From Candidatus Hodarchaeota archaeon (GTDB taxonomy: Archaea > Asgardarchaeota > Heimdallarchaeia > Hodarchaeales > Hodarchaeaceae): a stretch of 26,964 bases of DNA. A program made the position numbers and the translations under genes. The notes beneath the pieces are model-generated. The model saw only the letters and a program-made list of their open reading frames with translations, was not told the origin of the DNA and searched no databases. Position 1 is the stretch's first letter. Each line of letters starts with the position of its first letter. The stretch lies in NCBI GenBank assembly GCA_016839785.1, contig JAEOTQ010000040.1:1-26964 (forward strand), in the 5' to 3' direction. Positions 17,308 to 25,558 of the stretch are shown piece after piece.

Positions 17308-20300
17308 CTAACCACACTTAGAATAACCACAGACCCTACAGAGAATGCAACCTTCACTATGTTCTACAATATTCCCACATTCTGGACATTCTGGCCGTAA
17401 TCCTGAAGTGGTGTGACTTAAATATAACGTTTCTGACTCGTAATGTTCCTCATTACTGGGTATTTCATTTGAGGGAGCATTTTTTCCGTTTCCGTTCTGA
17501 CTATACCGTTCAATAAATCGTTCGACTGATTTTGCAACTGCATCTGCACAGGAGAGTACTGGACCATCTGGACCGAAGGTTGGAGAGGGGCATCTAATTG
17601 CCTTTAATTGCAAAATAATTTCTTCAGGTTCGATCCTGCTTCTTAGAGTGAGGGAGATAAGTCTTCCCATGGCTTCAATATGAGAAGCTACACAACCTCC
17701 AGATTTTCCTAAAGATAGAAAAAGTTCTGTTAGACCCTCTTCATCCTCATTGATAGTAATAAATAAATTTGTTCCACATCCGACTCGAACACGCTCGGTA
17801 ATTCCTTGAGTAACACTAGGTCTATGACGTGGTTTTTTAGTCTCAAACTGTTCAACGACAGTGTCCGATGTTTCACTAGTTCCTTTTTTTGATAAAACGT
17901 CATAAGTGCGTGATCCAGAGCGATATACAGTAATTCCTTTACATCCCAATTCATAGGCGAGTAAATAAGCTTTCTCTATATCTTCTAAAGAGGCGGTATT
18001 TGGAAAATTTATCGTTTTCGAGACTGCATTATCAACGCCGGCACCTTGAAAGGCTGCCTGCATCCGAACATGCGCATCTGGTGAGATATCATGGGCGGTA
18101 ACAAAAATCTTCCGGATTTCATCTGGAATCCCTTCGATGTCTGTTATAGCGCCTGTTTTAGCAACCTGTTCCATCAGCGAGGGAGAATAAAAGTCTAGTT
18201 GCTTTGCAGTTTCCACAAAGAACGGATATCCTTCTACAAGAATATCATCATCAAGAACTCGTCTTTCATATGTTAACATAAATAACGGTTCAATTCCACT
18301 AGAGCACCCAGCAATAATTGAAATTGTCCCTGTGGGAGCTAAGGTAGTTAAAGTAGCATTTCTCATCATAGAATAATTTTGTGCTAAAGTACTTCCTGGA
18401 AAATTTGGGAAGGAACCTCGCTCTTGAGCTAAATCCTGAGAGGTTTGAAGAGCTTTATCATAAATAAAATTCATCACTTCTTTCGCAAGATTGATACCCT
18501 CGATTGAATCATAAGGAATTCCCAATTTTATCAAGAGGTCAGCAAATCCCATGACTCCAAGGCCAATTTTCCGATTCGCTTTTGTCATTTGTTCAATTTC
18601 AGGTAAAGGAAACGTAGATAGATCAATTACGTTATCTAAAAATCTTACGGATAACCTAGTAATACTTTCCAACTTTTCGAAATCAAGTTTATAGCCAAAT
18701 TTTTCACTAGAATCGATTTTAACCATTTTTCCAAGGTTAATTGAGCCTAAATTGCACGATTCATAGGGTAATAAGGGTTGTTCTCCACAATTATGGACTA
18801 TAATCCCATTTGCAATAAATCCTCCCAGAGGAGTTCCCACGATGTCATATACGTCATCTTCTTTAATGTAGGTTAATTTCTTGATACGTGCAGTAAATTT
18901 TTCTTTATAAGGGCCTCTAGAAGTCAACGTTTTTAGGGAATTAATCATCTTTGTTTGTTTATTGATGAGAATAAACCCAATTTCGTCCTTATAACGTAAA
19001 AGATTAGCTTTTGAGATTATTAGTACATGCTGAGCTTTGATGGGGAAGTACTTTTTTTGACCTTTACCATCAGGTAAAAGTGATCTACCCTTAGGTCTTC
19101 GGTTTTGATATAGTTTCGAAGCGATTCCAAAATTAAGGAGCATTACCTGTACTTTTTGGAGTAAACTAAGATTACTTTGAGCTAATCGAACACTAAAACC
19201 TTTTTCCAGAGAGCCTTGAAAGGATCCATCAGCAGAAAAAATGGCCTGTAAAAATCCTCTTTGACAACTCTCCGATGATTCAAGGAGCTTCCCAGAAATC
19301 TTCTTTTTCTCAACTTCCCACTGTTCGAGTAGTGAAAGTATCTTACTTGATTTTACTTCTTCTCTTTGAGGAATTTTAATTACAGATACATGAGCATTTA
19401 GCTGCTCGTTAACAATATTCGCAAAGTACTCAGAGAGTTCTCCTTTATCTTTATCATAGAATGCTAGAACCGCTCTACCATCATTTCCAGTCGTCCAGCC
19501 ATCTCCTACGAACCACCCTAATATGTGCCCTATCTTCTGGTTGCCTTCTGATCCAAAACCTCCTTTACTTCGTTGGAGGCAAATTTCTTCATTAAACTGT
19601 AATTTCTTTGCTTCTTTCCATCCACTTGGGGTTAAAACTCTATGATCAGAAGTGAGCTTAATGGAAAATCCTTCTTTAGTCTCTAAATAGTATATCTCTT
19701 TTCTAGCAGTCTTAATAACATTAGGGACATCTAAGATATTTAATAAACCTTTTTCTGTTGAAATTAATGAATCTTCAGCCACACAAGGATTAGTTGCTTC
19801 AATGTTCCCTATATGTGGGGTAGGATTGGTTGAATTTATGCGATCTAAGAAGAGTATTCCTGGTTCTCCCGTGTTATGCGCCATTTTAACAATTTTCTCA
19901 AAGACAGTCCGTGCATTTAGTTTTTCGACCGTTTCACGATTTCTGGGGTTAATTAAAGGATAATCGGTATCCGAAAGAACTGCTTGCATAAATGATTCAG
20001 TCAGACCTACAGAAATATTAAAATTATTTAACGTTTGAAGATCTTGTTTGCATTCAATAAATTCTAGTATATCAGGATGATCTACACGCAATACTCCCAT
20101 GTTTGCTCCGCGTCTACGTCCCCCTTGTTTTATTATTTCAGTAGCAGAGTTAAAAACGGTCATAAAAGAGATTGGCCCTGAAGCTACTCCACCAGTCGTT
20201 TGTACCTTATCATTTGTGGGTCTAAGACGTGAAAAAGCAAATCCTGTCCCTCCTCCTGATTTATGAATAACTGCAGCATTTTTTATGGCTTGAAAAATTG

Positions 20301-20637
20301 ATGTCATATCATCTTCTACAGGTAATACAAAGCAGGCGGACAACTGGTTTATTTTTGTTCCTGCGTTCATTAAGGTAGGACTATTAGGTAGGAATTCGAA
20401 GTTCACCATCATATCATAGAATTTCTTTTCCATTACAGCAGGATCAAGACCATACCGTGACTCATTGGCCGCAATTGCTTTTACCACTCGTGAAAAGAGT
20501 TGAGCTGGAGTTTCTATTATCTCCCCTCTATCATTCTGTAATAAATACCTCTTCTCGAGTACAGTCATTGCATTTGGGGTAAGTACAGGTTGTTTTCGAT
20601 CCATCTCATCTTTATGAACGTTAGAAACTAATGTCAT
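17308..20637 (-). CDS. nrdJ: Class II (adenosylcobalamin-dependent) ribonucleotide reductase, intein-containing, with C-terminal TSCPD-type domain and Zn ribbon
   Basis: PNSPTLMNAG, LSACFV, SGGGTG, GGRRRGANM, ATNP/CGEQPL split by an intein, ESCNLGSINL, RKIGLGVMG, APTGTIS, AVSKTIN, CKGITVYR, LSCADA, CPECG...EGCILCRVCGYSKC. No N-terminal ATP-cone. Confidence 0.95.
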   Translation of the reverse strand: MTLVSNVHKDEMDRKQPVLTPNAMTVLEKRYLLQNDRGEIIETPAQLFSRVVKAIAANESRYGLDPAVMEKKFYDMMVNFEFLPNSPTLMNAGTKINQLSACFVLPVEDDMTSIFQAIKNAAVIHKSGGGTGFAFSRLRPTNDKVQTTGGVASGPISFMTVFNSATEIIKQGGRRRGANMGVLRVDHPDILEFIECKQDLQTLNNFNISVGLTESFMQAVLSDTDYPLINPRNRETVEKLNARTVFEKIVKMAHNTGEPGILFLDRINSTNPTPHIGNIEATNPCVAEDSLISTEKGLLNILDVPNVIKTARKEIYYLETKEGFSIKLTSDHRVLTPSGWKEAKKLQFNEEICLQRSKGGFGSEGNQKIGHILGWFVGDGWTTGNDGRAVLAFYDKDKGELSEYFANIVNEQLNAHVSVIKIPQREEVKSSKILSLLEQWEVEKKKISGKLLESSESCQRGFLQAIFSADGSFQGSLEKGFSVRLAQSNLSLLQKVQVMLLNFGIASKLYQNRRPKGRSLLPDGKGQKKYFPIKAQHVLIISKANLLRYKDEIGFILINKQTKMINSLKTLTSRGPYKEKFTARIKKLTYIKEDDVYDIVGTPLGGFIANGIIVHNCGEQPLLPYESCNLGSINLGKMVKIDSSEKFGYKLDFEKLESITRLSVRFLDNVIDLSTFPLPEIEQMTKANRKIGLGVMGFADLLIKLGIPYDSIEGINLAKEVMNFIYDKALQTSQDLAQERGSFPNFPGSTLAQNYSMMRNATLTTLAPTGTISIIAGCSSGIEPLFMLTYERRVLDDDILVEGYPFFVETAKQLDFYSPSLMEQVAKTGAITDIEGIPDEIRKIFVTAHDISPDAHVRMQAAFQGAGVDNAVSKTINFPNTASLEDIEKAYLLAYELGCKGITVYRSGSRTYDVLSKKGTSETSDTVVEQFETKKPRHRPSVTQGITERVRVGCGTNLFITINEDEEGLTELFLSLGKSGGCVASHIEAMGRLISLTLRSRIEPEEIILQLKAIRCPSPTFGPDGPVLSCADAVAKSVERFIERYSQNGNGKNAPSNEIPSNEEHYESETLYLSHTTSGLRPECPECGNIVEHSEGCILCRVCGYSKCG
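18790..19785 (-). mobile_element. Intein with LAGLIDADG homing endonuclease (332 aa, residues 285-616 of NrdJ)
   Basis: Starts CVAEDSLI after ATNP; block B LTSDHRV; LAGLIDADG motifs LGWFVGDG and LQAIFSADG; ends VYDI...FIANGIIVHN, followed by the extein Cys of CGEQ. Confidence 0.95.
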
Positions 20638-21071
20638 AAAATATCACACAGTATAACATTTTTAATAATAATTTGGGGCGCGAACAATTAGTTGAGCGAA
20701 AATGGAATACTTTTCTCTAAACAAGAATATGTATTTCATTTCCACTAGGGGAATTGAGATTTTAATTTAACAACCTGAATATTATTCGAAGTCCCTTGAA
20801 ATTCTTCATGATTAACGATATAGTAGGAGCTGATACCACTTTCATAAAAGGATTCGGGAAAGTACTAATGAGTCGATACTGCTGAAGAATGAAAATTAAT
20901 ACTGGTTGGGAGAAATAATTACGTTAGCAATTTCTAGACTAGTTTGGTAAAAATAGAGCATTATTTGATCCGTACTACCCACGAATGACGGGGATAATAC
21001 CCCAGAATTATGCCTATTTTAAAGCGAGAGAACATGATTATAGGTATAACGCTGAAAGAGGTTGAAAAATT

Positions 21072-21257
21072 ATGATGAAATTAATCACAGTACATCTACC
21101 AAACGATCAGGTTAGTGGTCTGGATGAGCTTGTACGAACTGGAAGATATCCAAACAGAAGTGAAGCCATCCGATTTGCTATTCGTGACATGCTCAAAGAT
21201 GAACTCTGGAGTCTTCGTGGAAACACATTTATTGCCCAATCTCGTGATTCATATTGA
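21072..21257 (+). CDS. Ribbon-helix-helix (CopG/MetJ/Arc) transcription regulator, CdrS-like
   Basis: KLITVHLP beta-ribbon, GLDELV..GRYPNRSEAIRFAIRDML. SD GAGGT upstream. Confidence 0.88.
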   Translation: MMKLITVHLPNDQVSGLDELVRTGRYPNRSEAIRFAIRDMLKDELWSLRGNTFIAQSRDSY

Positions 21258-21289
21258 ATTTATCATGAATTGAGGTTGTTCGGTCGAAA

Positions 21290-21892
21290 GTGTTAAACTC
21301 TGTCCGACAATGGCGAAGTATTAAATCAAAAACCCCTATTATCGGTATCGATGATGGAGGATTTGATCGTTTCTCAGAAGAAAAAAAGAAGATCCCTATT
21401 TTTGGAGTAGTCATGAAGGGAGCATCTTACGTCGATGGTATCATTCAAAGCCAATTAGAAAGAGATGATATCCAAGCCACGAGAATTTTGACTGAGATGA
21501 TTCTCGCAAGTCCCCATAAAGCGCAAATCAGAGCCATTTTATTTCAAGGAATAACAATAGCTGGTTTTGGAATTATTGACATAAACGACCTATGGGAAAG
21601 AACAAAGATACCAGTTATTGTAGTTCTTCGAAAATACCCTAATTTTGAGAAAATTCATTCTGCATTAGTGAAAGTATTTACCGATAATCAGAAACGTTGG
21701 CAACTAATAGAAAAAGCAGGAAAACCTCAAAAAGTTCAAAAAAATCCCCAAATGTTCTTACAGATTGCTGGTATCACGCTTGAAAACGCGTTTCAGCTAA
21801 CCAAAAAATGTACTGCAGTCGGAACAATTCCAGAGGCAATTCGTATTGCTCATTTTATAGGTGCGAGTCGATATCACTTCCTCAACGATTAA
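21290..21892 (+). CDS. DUF99 family protein (endonuclease V-like RNase H fold)
   Basis: IIGIDDG, GITIAGFGIIDI, PVIVV....P, IPEAIRIAH. 32 bp after the RHH gene. Confidence 0.85.
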   Translation: MLNSVRQWRSIKSKTPIIGIDDGGFDRFSEEKKKIPIFGVVMKGASYVDGIIQSQLERDDIQATRILTEMILASPHKAQIRAILFQGITIAGFGIIDINDLWERTKIPVIVVLRKYPNFEKIHSALVKVFTDNQKRWQLIEKAGKPQKVQKNPQMFLQIAGITLENAFQLTKKCTAVGTIPEAIRIAHFIGASRYHFLND

Positions 21893-21905
21893 ATTCCTTA
21901 AATAG

Positions 21906-23435
21906 TCATATTTCTTCCTTAGGTGGAAAAAATTCTTCCCATATCAACATTAACGGTGCAAATACCCATGTAAGGGTTCCTCCTAAGATAAAATATGAAA
22001 GTTCATTCGGTAAAGCAAGTAAAGCTAAAATTATTACCACCCCTGTGTAAAATAACGCTAGTATTGAATTTCTAAGAACATTAAACTGCCTATCCCACAC
22101 CCGGGTCTTACTTCTAGGCGTATTATAAAGTAATAAACCTTCTAGCACACCAGAAATTAGAAATAAAAAGGATCCTAATGATAGAAGGTAAAAAGGGATT
22201 AAATGAAAAATCCGTTTGAGGTACGGATCCTCTCTTTCCTCCCATGAAATTGTTAATATGGCGATGGTTGAGTAAGATAAGCTCACAAGAAGGGGCATAA
22301 TGTATAAGGTATTAATTCCAAAAACAGAATATCTAAGGATTGCAGTATCGAAACTAATCATGAACGCTAACACACTAAAGAAAAAAACGATGCTTATTCC
22401 AGAGAAAAAAGCCATAGCATTCAATATAAGCTCAAATTTCTTAAACCAGCTTATCTGAGAACTGGTGATTAGTAAACGCAATCTGATACGAAGGATATTA
22501 CAGGCTCCATGTGTCCATCTCCATAATTGGGCTACTTGAGCCTTAGCTGTTGTCGGTACAAGTCCGTATGATCCAATAAAATTGAGGAATCTGCCCTTAT
22601 GTCCTCGTGCGATAATCTGCATGGAAGTATCAATATCTTCTATTAAAGTATCTTCAGAAAAGCCGCCTATCTCACGGAGTACTGATCGCCTAAAACAGCC
22701 GGTTGTCCCATTAAATAACACCATACCTCTCCGATCTTTTGCCGCCTCAATAACCTCATAAAATTGTGAATAAAGAATGGAGTTAGCCTTTTGGTACAGG
22801 CGATTAGCGTTTCGATAAGAAACTTTTGCTTGAATGAATCCGATACTCGGATCCTCAACGATGGGAATAAATTTCTCTAAGAGATTTGGAACGGGTATAT
22901 GATCTGAATCAAGAATGACAATGAAATCTCCTTTAATAAGGCTGAGGACTGCATTTATATTGCCAGCTTTAAACCCTCTATCATCCTTTTTGTGATAAAA
23001 CTCGATTCCATTTTTTTCGCAGAATTTCTGGAGCTGATCAGTCACAGATCTATTCCTTCCGTTGTCACTAACAATTAATTCATAGTTTTCATATGTTAGA
23101 TTTAGGGCTCCTTTGAGTGTTTGTTCTAATATCGAAAATGGAGTTCCATGAGAGGGAATTATTATACTGAAAAATGGCATCTTAGAAGGGATTGTTTCTG
23201 TGAATTTTTGCATACTTCTATAGAAAATAGATCCTCCAATCATATCCACGAGATAATACGAGAATATCAAACCAAATATTTCTATTACTAGAAGTAATAT
23301 ATTAAATATGAGAGTAAGCAGGTTAGGTGCCTTAAGTATGTAGAAAATGCTCATAATTGAATAAATTGGTATAAAGAATAGAACAGCAACTGCAAGGACG
23401 TCGATAATATTTGCTAGGACTTTATAACTTCTCAT
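21906..23435 (-). CDS. Multi-pass membrane GT2 glycosyltransferase, cellulose synthase (BcsA)-like processive type
   Basis: SIIIP, FKAGNIN, DSD (DxD), FNGT..CFRR, IED, QLWRW (QxxRW). Two N-terminal and several C-terminal TM helices. SD AGGAG. Confidence 0.9.
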   Translation of the reverse strand: MRSYKVLANIIDVLAVAVLFFIPIYSIMSIFYILKAPNLLTLIFNILLLVIEIFGLIFSYYLVDMIGGSIFYRSMQKFTETIPSKMPFFSIIIPSHGTPFSILEQTLKGALNLTYENYELIVSDNGRNRSVTDQLQKFCEKNGIEFYHKKDDRGFKAGNINAVLSLIKGDFIVILDSDHIPVPNLLEKFIPIVEDPSIGFIQAKVSYRNANRLYQKANSILYSQFYEVIEAAKDRRGMVLFNGTTGCFRRSVLREIGGFSEDTLIEDIDTSMQIIARGHKGRFLNFIGSYGLVPTTAKAQVAQLWRWTHGACNILRIRLRLLITSSQISWFKKFELILNAMAFFSGISIVFFFSVLAFMISFDTAILRYSVFGINTLYIMPLLVSLSYSTIAILTISWEEREDPYLKRIFHLIPFYLLSLGSFLFLISGVLEGLLLYNTPRSKTRVWDRQFNVLRNSILALFYTGVVIILALLALPNELSYFILGGTLTWVFAPLMLIWEEFFPPKEEI

Positions 23436-23486
23436 TTGTAAGTCTCCTGTACCTAGTAATGTCTAGAAATAGATCTATAAATAGCA

Positions 23487-24335
23487 TTAAAACTCTAATT
23501 TTCCCGAAAGAAAATCAGCCCATCCTTCTTTATACTTTTCTGGTGAATTAATATGATTCCAGTAGACTTGCGTTTCAGGGTGATAACCATATAACAATCC
23601 TTCCTTACTTAGTGTTGGAAAAATATCGTTCTCAAGTGATGATACTTGTTTATCGATGTAAGGAAAAATTTCGGGTTCAAATATATAAACACCAGCATTA
23701 ACAAAGTTGAATCCCTTTCTACTGGTATTTACAAAATTCGTTATCTGATTTATCGCCGGATTCAATTCCACTTGACTGTTATCTTGTTCTAAAATAAACA
23801 TGGTAGCTATTCCACCATCTTTCACGACATTTCGATGAAACTCAAGCAGTTTGTTTAAATCTAAGTTAGTGATTAAATCTCCATTCATTACAAGAAAGGT
23901 TGATTTGAATTGTTTTTTCGCATTTAAAACCGCACCAGCAGTATCTAGGGGGTTTTCTTCAGATATAAACCCAATATTAACACCAGGAAACTCTTTTTCA
24001 GAAAATAAATGTTGGATATGATCCTTCCTATAACCAACAGAAAGAAAAACTTCGGTTAATGCGTGTTTTCTTAGAAGGTCTATAGAATATTCAAGTATTG
24101 GTTTATAGCCAATAGGAAGCATTACCGCTGGTGTAGCAACAGATAAAGGACGGAAACCCGTACCTCTTCCTCCACATAGAATTAATGATTTGATTGTACG
24201 AGCTTCTAAGGCAACCTTCAAAGCTTGTATTATAAATTGCTTTACATTTCCATGTCCAGCTACTTCTAGCAAATTGATCCAGAAATTTTCTGTGAATTCA
24301 ATCGTGTATTTATGAATATCCTTCTGTTTGCTCAT
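23487..24335 (-). CDS. Sugar-phosphate nucleotidyltransferase-fold protein with N-terminal RHH-like extension; catalytic motif degenerate
   Basis: LILCGGRGT, LPIGYKPILEY, PLDTAGA, MNGDL, VNAGVYIF, SLE.DIFP. ATG at 24335 preferred over the track's TTG at 24386, which lies inside the upstream gene. Confidence 0.82.
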   Translation of the reverse strand: MSKQKDIHKYTIEFTENFWINLLEVAGHGNVKQFIIQALKVALEARTIKSLILCGGRGTGFRPLSVATPAVMLPIGYKPILEYSIDLLRKHALTEVFLSVGYRKDHIQHLFSEKEFPGVNIGFISEENPLDTAGAVLNAKKQFKSTFLVMNGDLITNLDLNKLLEFHRNVVKDGGIATMFILEQDNSQVELNPAINQITNFVNTSRKGFNFVNAGVYIFEPEIFPYIDKQVSSLENDIFPTLSKEGLLYGYHPETQVYWNHINSPEKYKEGWADFLSGKLEF

Positions 24336-24369
24336 TTGAGCCAATCCATTGGGTGGATAGTGATAATAA

Positions 24370-25437
24370 TCATTTAGTTCGTTCAACGAGATATTTTGTT
24401 AAGATTAACAGGAAATCGATCAATTCTTCAGCTTGATAATCATCTTTTTTTATGCTGGTCTGGATTGACTTCAATCCATCGATTGCAATTTTAGCATACT
24501 CATCACGAACTTCTTTGACTTTTTCTTGTATGGTCCGAAACGCTTCTAAGACAATTTTGATGTCTTCTTTATTTTTCTGTCCAATCTCTTTATTATAAAT
24601 TTCTCGGATTTTAGAAGCAAATGATGTTTGCATTGAAAAATAAAGGAAGAGATTTCGTTTCGATTCTTGAATATCCCAAAACTGCATCTTTCCGAATTCT
24701 TCAGGATTTCCGAGAATATCTAAGTAGTCATCTTGAATTTGAAACGCTATTCCAGCTGCGCAAATTGATCTATTCAATTCTTCAGTAAATAAGTCTACTC
24801 GATTAGCTGCTAAGCATCCCAATCTAACGCAACCTGCAAACACTACTGCGGTTTTATATTCCATAATTTTGATAATACGTGACATTTCAAAATCGAAGTT
24901 CTGATCAAGCCTGTCTTCTAGTTCTATTGCGTTACCCAAACCTACTTGATAGGCATAATCAAGTACTAATTCAAGACCTGCAGGATCATCTTTAATGAGA
25001 GTAAGAGCATATGCATGAAGAATATCACCATCATGTAATGCCCGATCCGCGCCATACCTGATATGAAAAGCATCTTTTCCACGGCGAATCGGTGCATTAT
25101 CTATCAAATCATCATGAATTAAGGTCATATTATGGAGAAGTTCAATCACAATTGCGAATCTATAGGCACGAGCTAATCGAGACTCCTGTGAGCCAGTATC
25201 TTGGATTAAAAGTGTCGTAGTAACTGCAATAAGTGCTGGTCGTAATTGTTTTCCTTTGGTAGAAAGAATGAATTCACGAATCCGATCTTTCGTTGGACTT
25301 TCAAGGCCCTCAATTGCTGAATTTAGCTGATTAGCTAAATTTTTCATTATTTCCTCGTCAATAAATTGTTGTAGCACTGAAATACCCTCTTCGTTCGAGT
25401 AATCCGAAGTCTCTGGACATGTAAAAGAATGAACCAT
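24370..25437 (-). CDS. Trans-isoprenyl (polyprenyl) diphosphate synthase family protein
   Basis: GKQLRP, first Asp-rich motif IHDDLID...RRG, YKTA, second Asp-rich motif FQIQDDYLD, GK...DI.E.K. Confidence 0.9.
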   Translation of the reverse strand: MVHSFTCPETSDYSNEEGISVLQQFIDEEIMKNLANQLNSAIEGLESPTKDRIREFILSTKGKQLRPALIAVTTTLLIQDTGSQESRLARAYRFAIVIELLHNMTLIHDDLIDNAPIRRGKDAFHIRYGADRALHDGDILHAYALTLIKDDPAGLELVLDYAYQVGLGNAIELEDRLDQNFDFEMSRIIKIMEYKTAVVFAGCVRLGCLAANRVDLFTEELNRSICAAGIAFQIQDDYLDILGNPEEFGKMQFWDIQESKRNLFLYFSMQTSFASKIREIYNKEIGQKNKEDIKIVLEAFRTIQEKVKEVRDEYAKIAIDGLKSIQTSIKKDDYQAEELIDFLLILTKYLVERTK

Positions 25438-25448
25438 TCAACATGAGT

Positions 25449-25558
25449 TTAAGGTTATTATATAATAAGCTTAAGGTTATTATATTTCTTTGGATGTATA
25501 AAGAAATTAAGCGTTAAGTTTAAGGTTATTATAATTGCTAAAGATATAGTCAATTATA
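25449..25558. repeat. Three exact copies of TTAAGGTTATTATA (minus strand TATAATAACCTTAA), each associated with an inverted repeat
   Basis: Copies at 25449-25462, 25471-25484 and 25520-25533. Palindrome TTATTATATAATAA at 25455-25468. Stems ATTTCTTT/AAAGAAAT (25484-25491/25500-25507) and TATAATTG/CAATTATA (25530-25537/25551-25558). Confidence 0.85.

Noticed and set aside
20638-21071. Cobalamin riboswitch or NrdR boxes upstream of nrdJ
   Set aside because: No B12-box or NrdR-box consensus recognisable by eye; a covariance-model scan would be needed.
25449-25533. Bona fide CRISPR array
   Set aside because: Repeats are only 14 bp with irregular 8- and 35-bp spacers and no cas genes; kept only as a repeat and proto-array hypothesis.
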